DNA of 44,344 nucleotides, taken from positions 1 through 44,344 of the forward strand of contig CAYYLR010000001.1 of NCBI GenBank assembly GCA_964472485.1, written 5' to 3'. This DNA is from an uncultured Coriobacteriaceae bacterium (lineage in GTDB: Bacteria > Actinomycetota > Coriobacteriia > Anaerosomatales > Anaerosomataceae). The notes beneath the pieces were generated by a model. That model worked only from the letters and a program-made list of their open reading frames with translations. It did not search any database and was not told where the DNA came from. Positions within the stretch are counted from its first letter, which is position 1. Each line of letters starts with the position of its first letter. The translations under genes and the position numbers were made by a program. Positions 26,459 through 35,117 of this stretch are shown one piece after another.

Positions 26459-27436
26459 GTGCGCACGTCATATGCGGTCGGGGTGGACGTCGGCGGCACA
26501 CGGATCGCGGCAGGGTTGGTCGAGCGCAAGGGCCGTCTGCTCAGGGAGGTTCGCACGCTCACGCCGAGGCAGGCCGGCCCGTTCGCCATCGTCGACGCCA
26601 TCATCGAACTCATCGAGGACGTCGCCTCGGGCGCGCATCCTGGTGAGATCGCGGGTATCGGTGTCGGTCTGCCCGCGCAGATCGACTTCCTCAAGCAGTC
26701 CGTCGAGTTCTGCACCAACCTTCCGCTTGCCGGCGTGGACATGCGCTCGCTCATCATGTCCCGCCTGCGACATCCGGTCACCATCGACAACGACGGCAAC
26801 TGTGCCGGGATCGGGGAGAGCCGCTTCGGGGCCGCCAAGGGCATTCGCGACTTCGTTATGATCACGCTCGGCACCGGTGTCGGCGGCGCGCTGTTCCTCG
26901 ACGGGGAGCCCTATCGGGGCGCGCGTGGCTTGGGCGCCGAGATCGGTCACATGGTCGTGACGCTCGACGGACCGCCCTGTCCGTGCGGCGGCAACGGCCA
27001 CATCGAGTCCTACCTCGGCAGGCCGGCCATCGCCGCGCGCGGGCGCGAGGCCGCCCAGGAGTATCGGGGCCGAGCGATCCGGGAGCATGCCGGCGGGGAC
27101 GCCGAGCGGGTCACCGCCGAAGACGTGGTCAACGCCGCCCTCAAGGGCGACGAGATCGCGCGCGAGATCCTGCTCGACGCGGGCAGGGTCCTCGGCGAGT
27201 CCCTCGTCGGCATCGTCAACCTGCTGAACCCGCGCCTCATCGTTGTCGGCGGAGGCATCGGTGAGTCCTGTTCGTTCCTCGTGGAGCGGGCGACCGAGGT
27301 GATCGACCAGTACGCGCTCGCCGGCAGGCGGGACGTGCGTGTGGTGCAAGCCGAGCTCGGCAACGACGCTGGCGTCCTCGGCGCGGCGGCTCTGGCGTTC
27401 GATGAGCACGACTCGCGCGAGGGGCTGCACCGGTGA
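26459..27436 (+). CDS. ROK family sugar kinase (glucokinase-like)
   Basis: The GTG at 26459 follows GGGAGG. Motifs: YAVGVDVGGTRIAAGLV, the ATP-binding DNDGNCAGIGE, and the ROK Zn motif EIGHMVV...CPCGGNGHIE. Confidence 0.85.
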   Translation: MRTSYAVGVDVGGTRIAAGLVERKGRLLREVRTLTPRQAGPFAIVDAIIELIEDVASGAHPGEIAGIGVGLPAQIDFLKQSVEFCTNLPLAGVDMRSLIMSRLRHPVTIDNDGNCAGIGESRFGAAKGIRDFVMITLGTGVGGALFLDGEPYRGARGLGAEIGHMVVTLDGPPCPCGGNGHIESYLGRPAIAARGREAAQEYRGRAIREHAGGDAERVTAEDVVNAALKGDEIAREILLDAGRVLGESLVGIVNLLNPRLIVVGGGIGESCSFLVERATEVIDQYALAGRRDVRVVQAELGNDAGVLGAAALAFDEHDSREGLHR

Positions 27437-28539
27437 GATCCCCGGTCTACTTCGCGCCCATGCGCTCAACGATGAAGCGCAGCATGGTCACCCGCGCCTC
27501 GGGACTGCTCGAGCGTGCCGGGCTCGCGGTCGCGATCGATGAGGGTGACCTGGTCGCCGTCAAGCTCCACTTCGGCGAGAAGGGCAACACCGGCTTCGTG
27601 AGCCCGGTCTACCTGCGCGAGATCGTAGCCCGGGTGCGCGCCGCGGGCGGCAAGCCGTTCCTGACCGACGCGAACACGCTCTACCGGGGCGAGCGCGCCA
27701 ACGCCATCGATCACCTCGCGTGCGCCATCCACAACGGGTTCTCGTTCGCGACGATCGACGCGCCGATCATCATCGCCGATGGCCTCGACGGCCGTGAGGC
27801 GGTGGACGTCCCGGTCACGGGGCGGCACTTCGACTCGGTCCGGATCGGTGCCGCGGCGGTCCATGCCGATGCGATGGTGGTCGTCTCGCACGTCAAGGGC
27901 CACGAGGCCACGGGCTTCGGCGGCGCGCTCAAGAACGTCGGCATGGGTCTTGGCTGCCGCTCGGCGAAGCAGCGCATGCATGCCGATTTCCGGCCCGAGG
28001 TCGCCACCGCGAAGTGCACCGCGTGCGGCCGATGCGCGAAATGGTGTCCGGTCGACGCCATCGCTGTAGGCCCCGATCGGGTCGCCGCCGTCGACCATGC
28101 GGTCTGCTACGGATGCGGCGAGTGCGTCGCCGCGTGTCCCTATGGCGCGATAGCGGTCCAGTGGAAGACGGAGCCCGCGGCCATCCAGGAGAAGATCGTC
28201 GAGCACGTGGCGGGCGCGCTCGCCGGCAAGGAGGGCAAGGTCGTGTACCTGTCGTTCGTCACGGCGGTCTCGCCCGACTGCGACTGCTGGCACTTCTCCG
28301 ACGCGCCGATCGTGCCCGACATCGGCGTGCTGGCCTCGGGCGACATCGTCGCGATCGAGCAGGCCGCGTACGACCTGGTGACCGCGGCGGCCGGGCTTGT
28401 CGGCTCGCGCGGTGAGGGCATGGGTCCCGGGGAGGACAAGTTCAGCGCGATCACGGGGATCGACGGCACGCGTGCGATCGCGTACGCCGAGGAGATGGGG
28501 CTCGGGAGTCGCGCGTACGAGCTCATCACGGTGGAGTAG
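27433..28539 (+). CDS. DUF362 domain protein with a 2x[4Fe-4S] ferredoxin insert
   Basis: 368 aa. The GTG overlaps the ROK stop (GTGA). Motifs: LVAVKLHFGEKGNTGFVSP, FLTDANTLY, CTACGRCAKWCP and CYGCGECVAACP. Confidence 0.8.
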   Translation: MRSPVYFAPMRSTMKRSMVTRASGLLERAGLAVAIDEGDLVAVKLHFGEKGNTGFVSPVYLREIVARVRAAGGKPFLTDANTLYRGERANAIDHLACAIHNGFSFATIDAPIIIADGLDGREAVDVPVTGRHFDSVRIGAAAVHADAMVVVSHVKGHEATGFGGALKNVGMGLGCRSAKQRMHADFRPEVATAKCTACGRCAKWCPVDAIAVGPDRVAAVDHAVCYGCGECVAACPYGAIAVQWKTEPAAIQEKIVEHVAGALAGKEGKVVYLSFVTAVSPDCDCWHFSDAPIVPDIGVLASGDIVAIEQAAYDLVTAAAGLVGSRGEGMGPGEDKFSAITGIDGTRAIAYAEEMGLGSRAYELITVE

Positions 28540-28578
28540 CGCGGAGCCTCGCGCAGGGAAGACGGGAGCCAGTCACAT

Positions 28579-29661
28579 ATGGAGCGCTACCTGGACATCC
28601 TCAAGCGTGCCTGGCAGATCACATGGCGCTACAAGGCGCTCTGGGTCCTCGGCCTGTTCGCCGGCACCGCGAGCGGCGGCGGGGGCGGCGGGGGCAACAC
28701 GGGGTACGACTTCGGCGGCGGGACCGGCTCAGGGTCCGACCCGTTCTCGGGCATCTCCGACGCCCGGATCGGCCTGTGGATCGAGCAGAACGTCCTGCTC
28801 ATCGCGATCCTGGCGGGGGCGCTGGTCGTCTTCGGCATCCTCATGATGGTGCTGTCGGTCGCCGCTCAGGGGGGACTCGTCTGGGGCGCGAACGAGGCGG
28901 GCGAGGGGCGGGCGCCCCGTCTGGGCGCCAGTTGGTCGGCGGGCTTCAGCCGGTGGGGTCGCACCTTCATGACCGGCTTCGTGCTCGGTCTCCCGGTCGT
29001 GCTGATCGCGCTGATCATGATCGCGCTACTCGTCACCGCCGGCATCGGAGGCGTCTTCGGCGGGGACTCGGGCGCGGCAGCCGCCGGGATCGGCATGTGC
29101 GTCGTTCTGCCGGTCTTCGTGTTCGTGCTCATCGCGGCGGGGCTGCTCCTCGGCATCCTCTACCCGGTCGCCCTGCGCTACGGGATCCTGCACGATGTCA
29201 CGTTCGGCGCGGCGATCCGGCGCGCCTGGGAGGACCTGTGGGCCAAGCGGGGGGTGTGGGTGTTCTGGCTCGTCATGCTGCTCCCGGGCTTCGCGTACGG
29301 ACTCGCCATCTTCTTGTTCATGCTGCCATTCCTGATCCCGGCGGTGTTCCTGATGGTCGCCGAGCAGTGGATCATGGCCGGGGCGCTCGTCGTGCTGCTC
29401 GCGCTCGTCCTCATGCTGCCGACGGCGGTCTACTCGACATTCGTCTCGGCGGCATGGACCATCTTCTTCCGGCGCATGACCGGCATGGAGCCCCACTTCG
29501 CGCCCGCACCCGCGGTCGCGCCGTACGCCGCGGCATACCCCGCCTCAAGCGTAGCGCCGCCCGAACCGCCCGCACCTCCGTCCGGGCAGTCCTGGGAGGT
29601 CGCCGAGCGCCCGATCGTCGACGTGCCGCCACCTCCCGCGCCGCCGTCCGGCGATGCCTGA
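28579..29661 (+). CDS. Polytopic membrane protein of unknown function with a poly-Gly loop and a Pro-rich C-terminal tail
   Basis: 360 aa. MERYLDILKRAWQITWRYKALWVLGLFAG, then GGGGGGGNTGYDFGGGTGSGSD, about 6 TM helices, and the tail PPEPPAPPSGQSW...PPPPAPPSGDA. It overlaps rsmI by 8 nt. Confidence 0.7.
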   Translation: MERYLDILKRAWQITWRYKALWVLGLFAGTASGGGGGGGNTGYDFGGGTGSGSDPFSGISDARIGLWIEQNVLLIAILAGALVVFGILMMVLSVAAQGGLVWGANEAGEGRAPRLGASWSAGFSRWGRTFMTGFVLGLPVVLIALIMIALLVTAGIGGVFGGDSGAAAAGIGMCVVLPVFVFVLIAAGLLLGILYPVALRYGILHDVTFGAAIRRAWEDLWAKRGVWVFWLVMLLPGFAYGLAIFLFMLPFLIPAVFLMVAEQWIMAGALVVLLALVLMLPTAVYSTFVSAAWTIFFRRMTGMEPHFAPAPAVAPYAAAYPASSVAPPEPPAPPSGQSWEVAERPIVDVPPPPAPPSGDA

Positions 29662-30490
29662 GTCCGGCGGCGCGCTCGTCGTCTGCGCGACGCCCATCGG
29701 CAACCTGGGCGACGTGACGCTGCGTGTGCTCGACGCGCTGCGCATGGTCGACGTGATCGCGGCCGAGGACACGCGCGTGACGCGCAAGCTGCTCGCGCGC
29801 TACGAGATCCACACGCCGCTCGAGCCGTGCGATCAGCACCGGATCGTCGAGAAGACGCCGGAGTTCGTGGAGCGCATCGAGCGGGGAGAGCGGATCGCGC
29901 TCGTCACCGACGCCGGCACACCGGGCATCTCGGATCCGGGAACGCGGCTTGTGGACGCGTGTCTGGAGGCGGGCGTCCGGGTCGAGGTGCTGCCCGGTCC
30001 TTCGGCGCTCACCGCGGCGCTCGTCGCGAGCGGACTACCCACCGGCGCCGTGTACTTCGGCGGCTTCCTGCCGCGGAAGCCGGGTGAGCGGGCCCGGGCG
30101 CTGGCGGCCCTCGCGTCCCTCGACGCGACGCTCGTCTTCTACGAGTCCCCCGGCAGGACCCCCGCGACGCTCGCCTCGCTCGCCGAGGCGTTCTGCGGCC
30201 GCCGTGCCGCGATGGTCCGGGAGCTCACGAAGATCCACGAGGAGATCGCGCGCGACGAGGTGGGCGCTCTCGCTTCGGCCGTCGCCGACCGCCAGCTCAA
30301 GGGCGAGGTCGTCCTCGTGGTGGGTCCGCCGGTCACCCAGGCGCAGCTCAGCATCGACACCGACGCGGTCAAGGAACGGCTTGCGGAGGTAGAGGCCGAA
30401 GGGCGCACGCGCCGCGACGCGGTGCGTGACGTCGCCGCCGAACTCGGGCTGCCCCGCAACGAGGTGTATCGCATCTCGCTCGGCGGCTAG
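29654..30490 (+). CDS. rsmI: 16S rRNA (cytidine1402-2'-O)-methyltransferase RsmI
   Basis: 278 aa. LVVCATPIGNLGDVTLRVLDAL..VDVIAAEDTRVTRKLL..., TDAGTPGISDPG and FYESP. Confidence 0.9.
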   Translation: MPESGGALVVCATPIGNLGDVTLRVLDALRMVDVIAAEDTRVTRKLLARYEIHTPLEPCDQHRIVEKTPEFVERIERGERIALVTDAGTPGISDPGTRLVDACLEAGVRVEVLPGPSALTAALVASGLPTGAVYFGGFLPRKPGERARALAALASLDATLVFYESPGRTPATLASLAEAFCGRRAAMVRELTKIHEEIARDEVGALASAVADRQLKGEVVLVVGPPVTQAQLSIDTDAVKERLAEVEAEGRTRRDAVRDVAAELGLPRNEVYRISLGG

Positions 30491-30522
30491 GGCTCAGCGC
30501 GAATCGCCGCCGATCGGCACTC

Positions 30523-30765
30523 TTACCGCTGCTTGATCTCTCCGATGCACGTGTCGCACACCGGCCGGTCCTTCACGCTGTGCACGTGTTCTTCGGCCCC
30601 GCAGAGGACGCACGCGGCCTTGTGCTTCTCGAGGATGATCCGATCGCCCTCGACCGAGATCGAGAGCGGGTCCTTCACCCGGATGCCGAGGGTGCGACGC
30701 AACTCCATGGGAATGACGATCCGGCCGAGGTCGTCGACCCGTCTGACGATACCGGTGTCGCTCAT
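30523..30765 (-). CDS. abrB: AbrB/SpoVT-family DNA-binding protein with a C-terminal CxxC-x14-CxxC tail
   Basis: 80 aa. GIVRRVDDLGRIVIPMELRRTLGI...DRIILEK (swapped-hairpin domain), then CVLCGAEEHVHSVKDRPVCDTC. Its position between rsmI and metG matches Bacillus abrB. Confidence 0.8.
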   Translation of the reverse strand: MSDTGIVRRVDDLGRIVIPMELRRTLGIRVKDPLSISVEGDRIILEKHKAACVLCGAEEHVHSVKDRPVCDTCIGEIKQR

Positions 30766-30782
30766 CGTCCATTCCCCCTCGT

Positions 30783-30798
30783 GCAGGAGCGCTCCTGC
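30783..30798. promoter_or_regulatory. Perfect 16-bp palindrome GCAGGAGCGCTCCTGC in the abrB/metG divergent region
   Basis: It is self-complementary over all 16 nt and lies 17 nt upstream of the abrB ATG, immediately 5' of its RBS. It could be an operator or an mRNA leader hairpin. Confidence 0.4.
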
Positions 30799-30875
30799 GG
30801 TGCGGTATCATGAAAGGCCGCGTGATCGCGGTCGTACTTCCAAGAATACCCATCTGCGAGAAGAGGTAATCGCCG

Positions 30876-32435
30876 GTGAGCGCACGCCCGTTCTACGTCA
30901 CGACCCCCATCTACTACGTGAACGCTGAGCCGCACCTCGGCACGGCGTACACGACCGTCGCGGCCGACGCGATCGCGCGGTACCGGCGCATGACCGGCCA
31001 CGACGTGCGCTTCCTCACCGGCCTCGATGAGCACGGCCAGAAGATCGCGCAGGCCGCCGAGGAGCACGGCATGGACCCTCAGGCGTGGGTGGATTCCATC
31101 GCGCCGAAGTTCACCGGCGCGTGGGAGATGCTCGGCATCACGAACGACGACTTCATCCGCACGACCGAAGCCCGCCACACGCGGGGCGTGCAGGCGTTCT
31201 GGCAGAAGCTGCACGACGACGGTTGGCTGTACCAGGGGCACTACGAGGGCTGGTACTGCGTGCCGGACGAGACGTTCTGGTCCGAAGAGCAACTCGATGA
31301 CGGCGTGTGCCCGCAATGCGGCCGCGAGGTCCAGCATGTGCGCGAGGACAACTGGTTCTTCAGGCTCTCCGAGTTCCAGCGGCGCTTGCTCGACTACTAC
31401 ACCGGCAACCCCGAGTTCGTTCAACCGGAGACGCGGCGCAACGAGGTCGTCAGTTTCGTTGAGGGCGGGCTCAAGGACCTGTCGATCTCGCGCACGACGT
31501 TCTCGTGGGGCGTGCCGATCCCGTTCGCCGAGGGTCACGTCACCTACGTCTGGATCGACGCGCTGCTCAACTACATCACCGCGCTCGGTTACGGGAGTGA
31601 GGATCCGGCGGACGTCGCTCGCTTCGAGCGGTACTGGCCGGCCGATTATCACTTCGTCGGCAAGGACATCATCCGGTTCCACTGCGTCATCTGGCCGGCC
31701 ATGCTCATGGCGGCCGGCATCGAGCCGCCCAAGACCGTGTTCGCGCACGGCTTCCTGCTCGCCAAGGGCGAGAAGATGAGCAAGTCGAAGGGCAACGCCC
31801 AGACCCCCGCCTCACTGGTGGCCCGATTCGGCGTTGACGCGTACCGTTACTACTTCCTGCGGGACGTGGCGTTCGGTCAGGACGGTTCCATCTCCATGGA
31901 GTCGATGGTGCAGCGCTACAACGGCGACCTGGCCAACGACTGGGGCAACCTGTGCTCGCGGTTGTTCACCATGACCGAGAAGTACCTCGGCGGCGTTGCT
32001 CCCGCGGCGCCCGACCGGGCGCTTCAGACGGCTGAGGACGCCACGATGCGCGCGATCGCGGGCAGTCTGCCCGAGTCGTACGAGGAGCACATGGCGCGGC
32101 TCGACTACGGCGCCGCGCTCGAGAGCGCCTGGGAGCTCATCAAGTTCGCAAACCGCTATCTCGAGAACGCCGCGCCCTGGGCGCTCGCCAAGGAGGGTGA
32201 TGACGCGCGGCTGGCCGCCGTGCTGTACAACGCGCTGGAGTCCGTGCGCATCGCCGCACTGTTCACCGCGCCGGTCATGCCCGGAACGTCGGCCGAGGTC
32301 TGGCACAGGCTCGGTCTGGGCGATATCGGCGACGTGACCGATATCATGGCCGCCGCCGAGTGGGGCGGCCTGCCGGCGGGCTCACCGGTCACGAAGGGCG
32401 ACGCCCTGTTCCCACGGATCGTCGAGGGGGAGTAG
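30876..32435 (+). CDS. metG: Methionine--tRNA ligase (short form, no C-terminal tRNA-binding domain)
   Basis: 519 aa. PIYYVNAEPHLGTAYT (HIGH-type), the zinc knuckle CVPDE...CPQCG, and KMSKSKGN. Confidence 0.95.
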   Translation: MSARPFYVTTPIYYVNAEPHLGTAYTTVAADAIARYRRMTGHDVRFLTGLDEHGQKIAQAAEEHGMDPQAWVDSIAPKFTGAWEMLGITNDDFIRTTEARHTRGVQAFWQKLHDDGWLYQGHYEGWYCVPDETFWSEEQLDDGVCPQCGREVQHVREDNWFFRLSEFQRRLLDYYTGNPEFVQPETRRNEVVSFVEGGLKDLSISRTTFSWGVPIPFAEGHVTYVWIDALLNYITALGYGSEDPADVARFERYWPADYHFVGKDIIRFHCVIWPAMLMAAGIEPPKTVFAHGFLLAKGEKMSKSKGNAQTPASLVARFGVDAYRYYFLRDVAFGQDGSISMESMVQRYNGDLANDWGNLCSRLFTMTEKYLGGVAPAAPDRALQTAEDATMRAIAGSLPESYEEHMARLDYGAALESAWELIKFANRYLENAAPWALAKEGDDARLAAVLYNALESVRIAALFTAPVMPGTSAEVWHRLGLGDIGDVTDIMAAAEWGGLPAGSPVTKGDALFPRIVEGE

Positions 32436-32451
32436 GCCGCCCGGCCGTATC

Positions 32452-33303
32452 GTGATCGACCGCCTGCCAACACTGCCCGAACTCGGCGCTCCCGCCGTCG
32501 ACGCCCACGCGCACCTGTCGATGCTCGATGACCCGGTAGCCGCTCTCGTGCGCGCCGCGCACGCGGGGGTGGCGCTGGTGGCGACCGTCGTCGACCTGAC
32601 CGAGGCGCCGGAGACGACGTTCGACGGCTTGCGGGGCTGGATCGACCAGGCGGCGGAGGAGCTCGCTCCCGAGGGGCGCGACGTGCCCGAGGTCCCGATG
32701 ATCGTGGGATGGCACCCGCACAACGCGAGCGACGGTGATGACGCGCTGCTCGAGCGGCTGCGCGAGTGCGCGGCCGACCAGCGCGTCGCGGCGCTCGGCG
32801 AGCTCGGCCTCGATTTCCACTACGACCACTCGCCGCGCGAGGACCAGCGCGCATGGTTCCGTCGCCACCTCGAGCTCGCGCACGAGGTCGGCCTTCCGGT
32901 CGAGGTCCACCTTCGCGAGGCGCACGACGAGGGACTCGCCCTGCTGAGCGAGATCGGCGTCCCGCCAGCCGGCTGCATCATCCATTGCTTCACCGAAGGC
33001 CCCGCGCTGGCCGAGCGCTTCCTGGAGCTCGGCTGCCTGATCTCCTTCGCCGGACCCGTGACCTTCACGAAGGCCGAGCGGCTCCGCGAGGCGGCGCGCC
33101 TGGTCCCGCTCGACCGGCTGCTCGTGGAGACCGACTGCCCGTTCCTCGCGCCCCATCCGTACCGGGGCCGCCGCAACGAGCCCGCGTTCGCGGTTCTCAA
33201 CGCCGAGGCGGTCGCGCGAGCCAAGGGCCTGGAGCCGTCCGTCGTCGCCGCCGCGGCGCTCGGTAACGCCCGGGCGCTGTTCGGCCGGACGCACGTCCGA
33301 TGA
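32452..33303 (+). CDS. tatD: TatD family metal-dependent hydrolase
   Basis: 283 aa. VDAHAHL, GELGLDFHY, VEVHLREAH, IIHCF and ETDCPFLAP. Confidence 0.9.
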   Translation: MIDRLPTLPELGAPAVDAHAHLSMLDDPVAALVRAAHAGVALVATVVDLTEAPETTFDGLRGWIDQAAEELAPEGRDVPEVPMIVGWHPHNASDGDDALLERLRECAADQRVAALGELGLDFHYDHSPREDQRAWFRRHLELAHEVGLPVEVHLREAHDEGLALLSEIGVPPAGCIIHCFTEGPALAERFLELGCLISFAGPVTFTKAERLREAARLVPLDRLLVETDCPFLAPHPYRGRRNEPAFAVLNAEAVARAKGLEPSVVAAAALGNARALFGRTHVR

Positions 33304-33908
33304 GCGTGCCCGCGTCCGCCGCACCGCCCCTCATCCTCGGCATCGCGGGGAGCCCTCGCCGAGGCGGGAACAGCGAGCGCCTGCTCGAGGGCGCGCTTGC
33401 GGGGGCGCGCGAGACCGGCGCGCGGACCGAGACGCTCATCGCGGCCGAAGCCGGGTTCACGCCGTGCCGCGGATGCAGCGCATGCTCGGCGACCGGAGAA
33501 TGCGTGATCGACGACGGAGCGGCGCTGTACCGCGCGCTCGACTCCGCGGACGGGCTGGTCGTGTCGAGCCCTGTCTTCTTCGCCGGGGTCCCGGCGCCGC
33601 TCAAAGCGCTCATCGACCGGCTTCAGCCGTACTGGGCGCGCGAGTACGTCCTCGGCGAGCCTCGACCCGTGCGGCGCCCCGGCGGCTTCATGCTGGTTCG
33701 CGGCGGGGGCGACCCGTACGGATTCGATGCGGCGGACGCCACGCTCGGCAGTGCGCTCGCGGTGCTCGGCATCGACGTCCTCGACGCGTTGCACATCGAC
33801 GGGGTCGACGGTCTCGAGGACCTCGCCGGCCGGCCGGAGGCGGTAGCGGCGGCGCGCTCTCTCGGCCATGCGGTCGGCCTCGAGGCGCTCCACAAGCGCG
33901 CTGGGTGA
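33300..33908 (+). CDS. Iron-sulfur flavoprotein / NADPH-dependent FMN reductase family (Isf-like)
   Basis: 202 aa. GIAGSPRRGGNSERL (flavodoxin-like), the compact cluster motif CRGCSACSATGEC (C-x2-C-x2-C-x5-C), and SPVFFAGVPAPLKALIDR. The ATGA start/stop overlaps tatD. Confidence 0.8.
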   Translation: MSVPASAAPPLILGIAGSPRRGGNSERLLEGALAGARETGARTETLIAAEAGFTPCRGCSACSATGECVIDDGAALYRALDSADGLVVSSPVFFAGVPAPLKALIDRLQPYWAREYVLGEPRPVRRPGGFMLVRGGGDPYGFDAADATLGSALAVLGIDVLDALHIDGVDGLEDLAGRPEAVAAARSLGHAVGLEALHKRAG

Positions 33909-34022
33909 CCCCGACCGTTCGTCGCATCGCGGGAACCGCCTTCTTGGTGCCGGAGCGAGGCCTCGGCTATACTTCGAAGTCCGCGTCATCGATGCCGAAC
34001 CGCAACCGGTCGAAGGGATGAC

Positions 34023-35105
34023 ATGCGAACGCCGGCCCGTCCGGCCCGCTTCCTGAAGACTCCTCATATCGTCACACTCGTCGCCGCAGCTGTCGTGCTA
34101 CCTCTCGTCATATCGGGATTCTCGTGGGCCAAGAAGGGTGTCACCGTCGTCGTCGACGGCGAGCCCGTCTATCACACCACCGCAGCGCAGACCGTCGCTG
34201 AGGTGCTCGAAGAAGTCGACCTCGTCATTGCCGAGGGCGACATCGTCAGCCCGCTTCCCGATGCGCCAGTCACGGATGGCACGGAGATCGTCGTGCGGCA
34301 GGCCGTTCCCGTCACGCTCGAATGCAACGGAGCGACGGTCGAACTCAAGGTCATCGGCTCCACCGTGGCCGACGCTCTGGTCGCGGCCGGGCTCGATCCG
34401 ACGACGGGCCTCCACGTGGATCCGCCCGTTGACGCCGAGCTCGCTCAGGAGATGACGATCACCGCCACCGATGTCTTCGTCCGCATCGTCAAGGAAGACG
34501 CCGAACTTCCGTTCGAGACGATCGAGCAGGAGGATCCCGGCCTCCCCGTCGGCCAGCGCCGCACTGTCAGCGAGGGCGCTCCCGGCTCGGCGGTCCGGAT
34601 CTACGAGGTGCTCGTCGTCGGCGAGGTCGAGACGACGCGCGCGGTCAGGTACGAGGAGACGATCGTCGCCCCGACGCCGGCCGTGGTGCGCGTCGGCACG
34701 AAACCGCCGGCGCGCCACGGAGGCGGGAGCACGTCCGCCGGGGTGCTCAGACCGGGCGCCGACGCCTCGCTTGCGCCCCCCTCGTCAGGTGACACGCTCG
34801 CGGTCACAGCTACCGCGTACACCCCCTGGGACCCCGGGTGTTCGGGAATGAGCGCGATCGAGCGCAGGATCGCGGCGCACGGCATCCCTGATGGCTGGGG
34901 TATCGTCGCGGTCGATCCCCGCGTCATCCCGCTTGGAACGCGCATGTACGTTCCGGGTTATGGTTACGCCGTCGCCGCGGACACCGGGGGCTTGATCAAG
35001 GGCGACAAGATCGACGTCTGCTACTGGGCCGGGGGACCGGGTGTGGCGAAGGCCACGTCGCGTGTGTGGGGCAGACGCGCGGTGACGATCACCATCCTCG
35101 AATAG
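34023..35105 (+). CDS. YabE/RpfB-like cell-wall protein (DUF348 repeats, G5 domain, C-terminal 3D domain)
   Basis: 360 aa. N-terminal TM helix, DUF348-like VVVDGEPVYHTTAAQTVAEVLEE, G5 (EDPGLPVGQRRTVSEGAPGSAVRIYEV...VRVGTK) and 3D (TATAYTPWDPGCSG...GIVAVDPRVIPLGTRMYVPGYGYAVAADTGGLIKGDKIDV). Confidence 0.85.
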   Translation: MRTPARPARFLKTPHIVTLVAAAVVLPLVISGFSWAKKGVTVVVDGEPVYHTTAAQTVAEVLEEVDLVIAEGDIVSPLPDAPVTDGTEIVVRQAVPVTLECNGATVELKVIGSTVADALVAAGLDPTTGLHVDPPVDAELAQEMTITATDVFVRIVKEDAELPFETIEQEDPGLPVGQRRTVSEGAPGSAVRIYEVLVVGEVETTRAVRYEETIVAPTPAVVRVGTKPPARHGGGSTSAGVLRPGADASLAPPSSGDTLAVTATAYTPWDPGCSGMSAIERRIAAHGIPDGWGIVAVDPRVIPLGTRMYVPGYGYAVAADTGGLIKGDKIDVCYWAGGPGVAKATSRVWGRRAVTITILE

Positions 35106-35117
35106 CCGGGACCGACG

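Noticed and set aside
30523-30765. The AbrB/SpoVT-fold protein as the antitoxin of a MazEF-like toxin-antitoxin pair.
   Set aside because: There is no adjacent toxin ORF on either side. Its location between rsmI and metG matches the chromosomal abrB locus of Bacillus, which favours a transition-state-type regulator.
30766-30875. A T-box leader upstream of metG.
   Set aside because: The intergenic region is about 110 nt, far shorter than a T-box. It has no specifier-loop/T-box sequence (AAUUAGGGUGGUACCGCG-like) and is shared with the divergent abrB promoter.
33909-34022. Possible cyclic-di-AMP (ydaO-type) riboswitch upstream of the yabE/Rpf-like cell-wall gene. A similar thought applied to the leaders of the M23 peptidase and repeat-protein genes.
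   Set aside because: The region is only about 115 nt. I could not find the conserved ydaO elements (paired ACGGGG...CCGA pseudo-symmetric halves, GAGCGGGGGACCCA-like core), only vague CCGAAC-like strings. A covariance-model scan (Rfam RF00379) would settle it.
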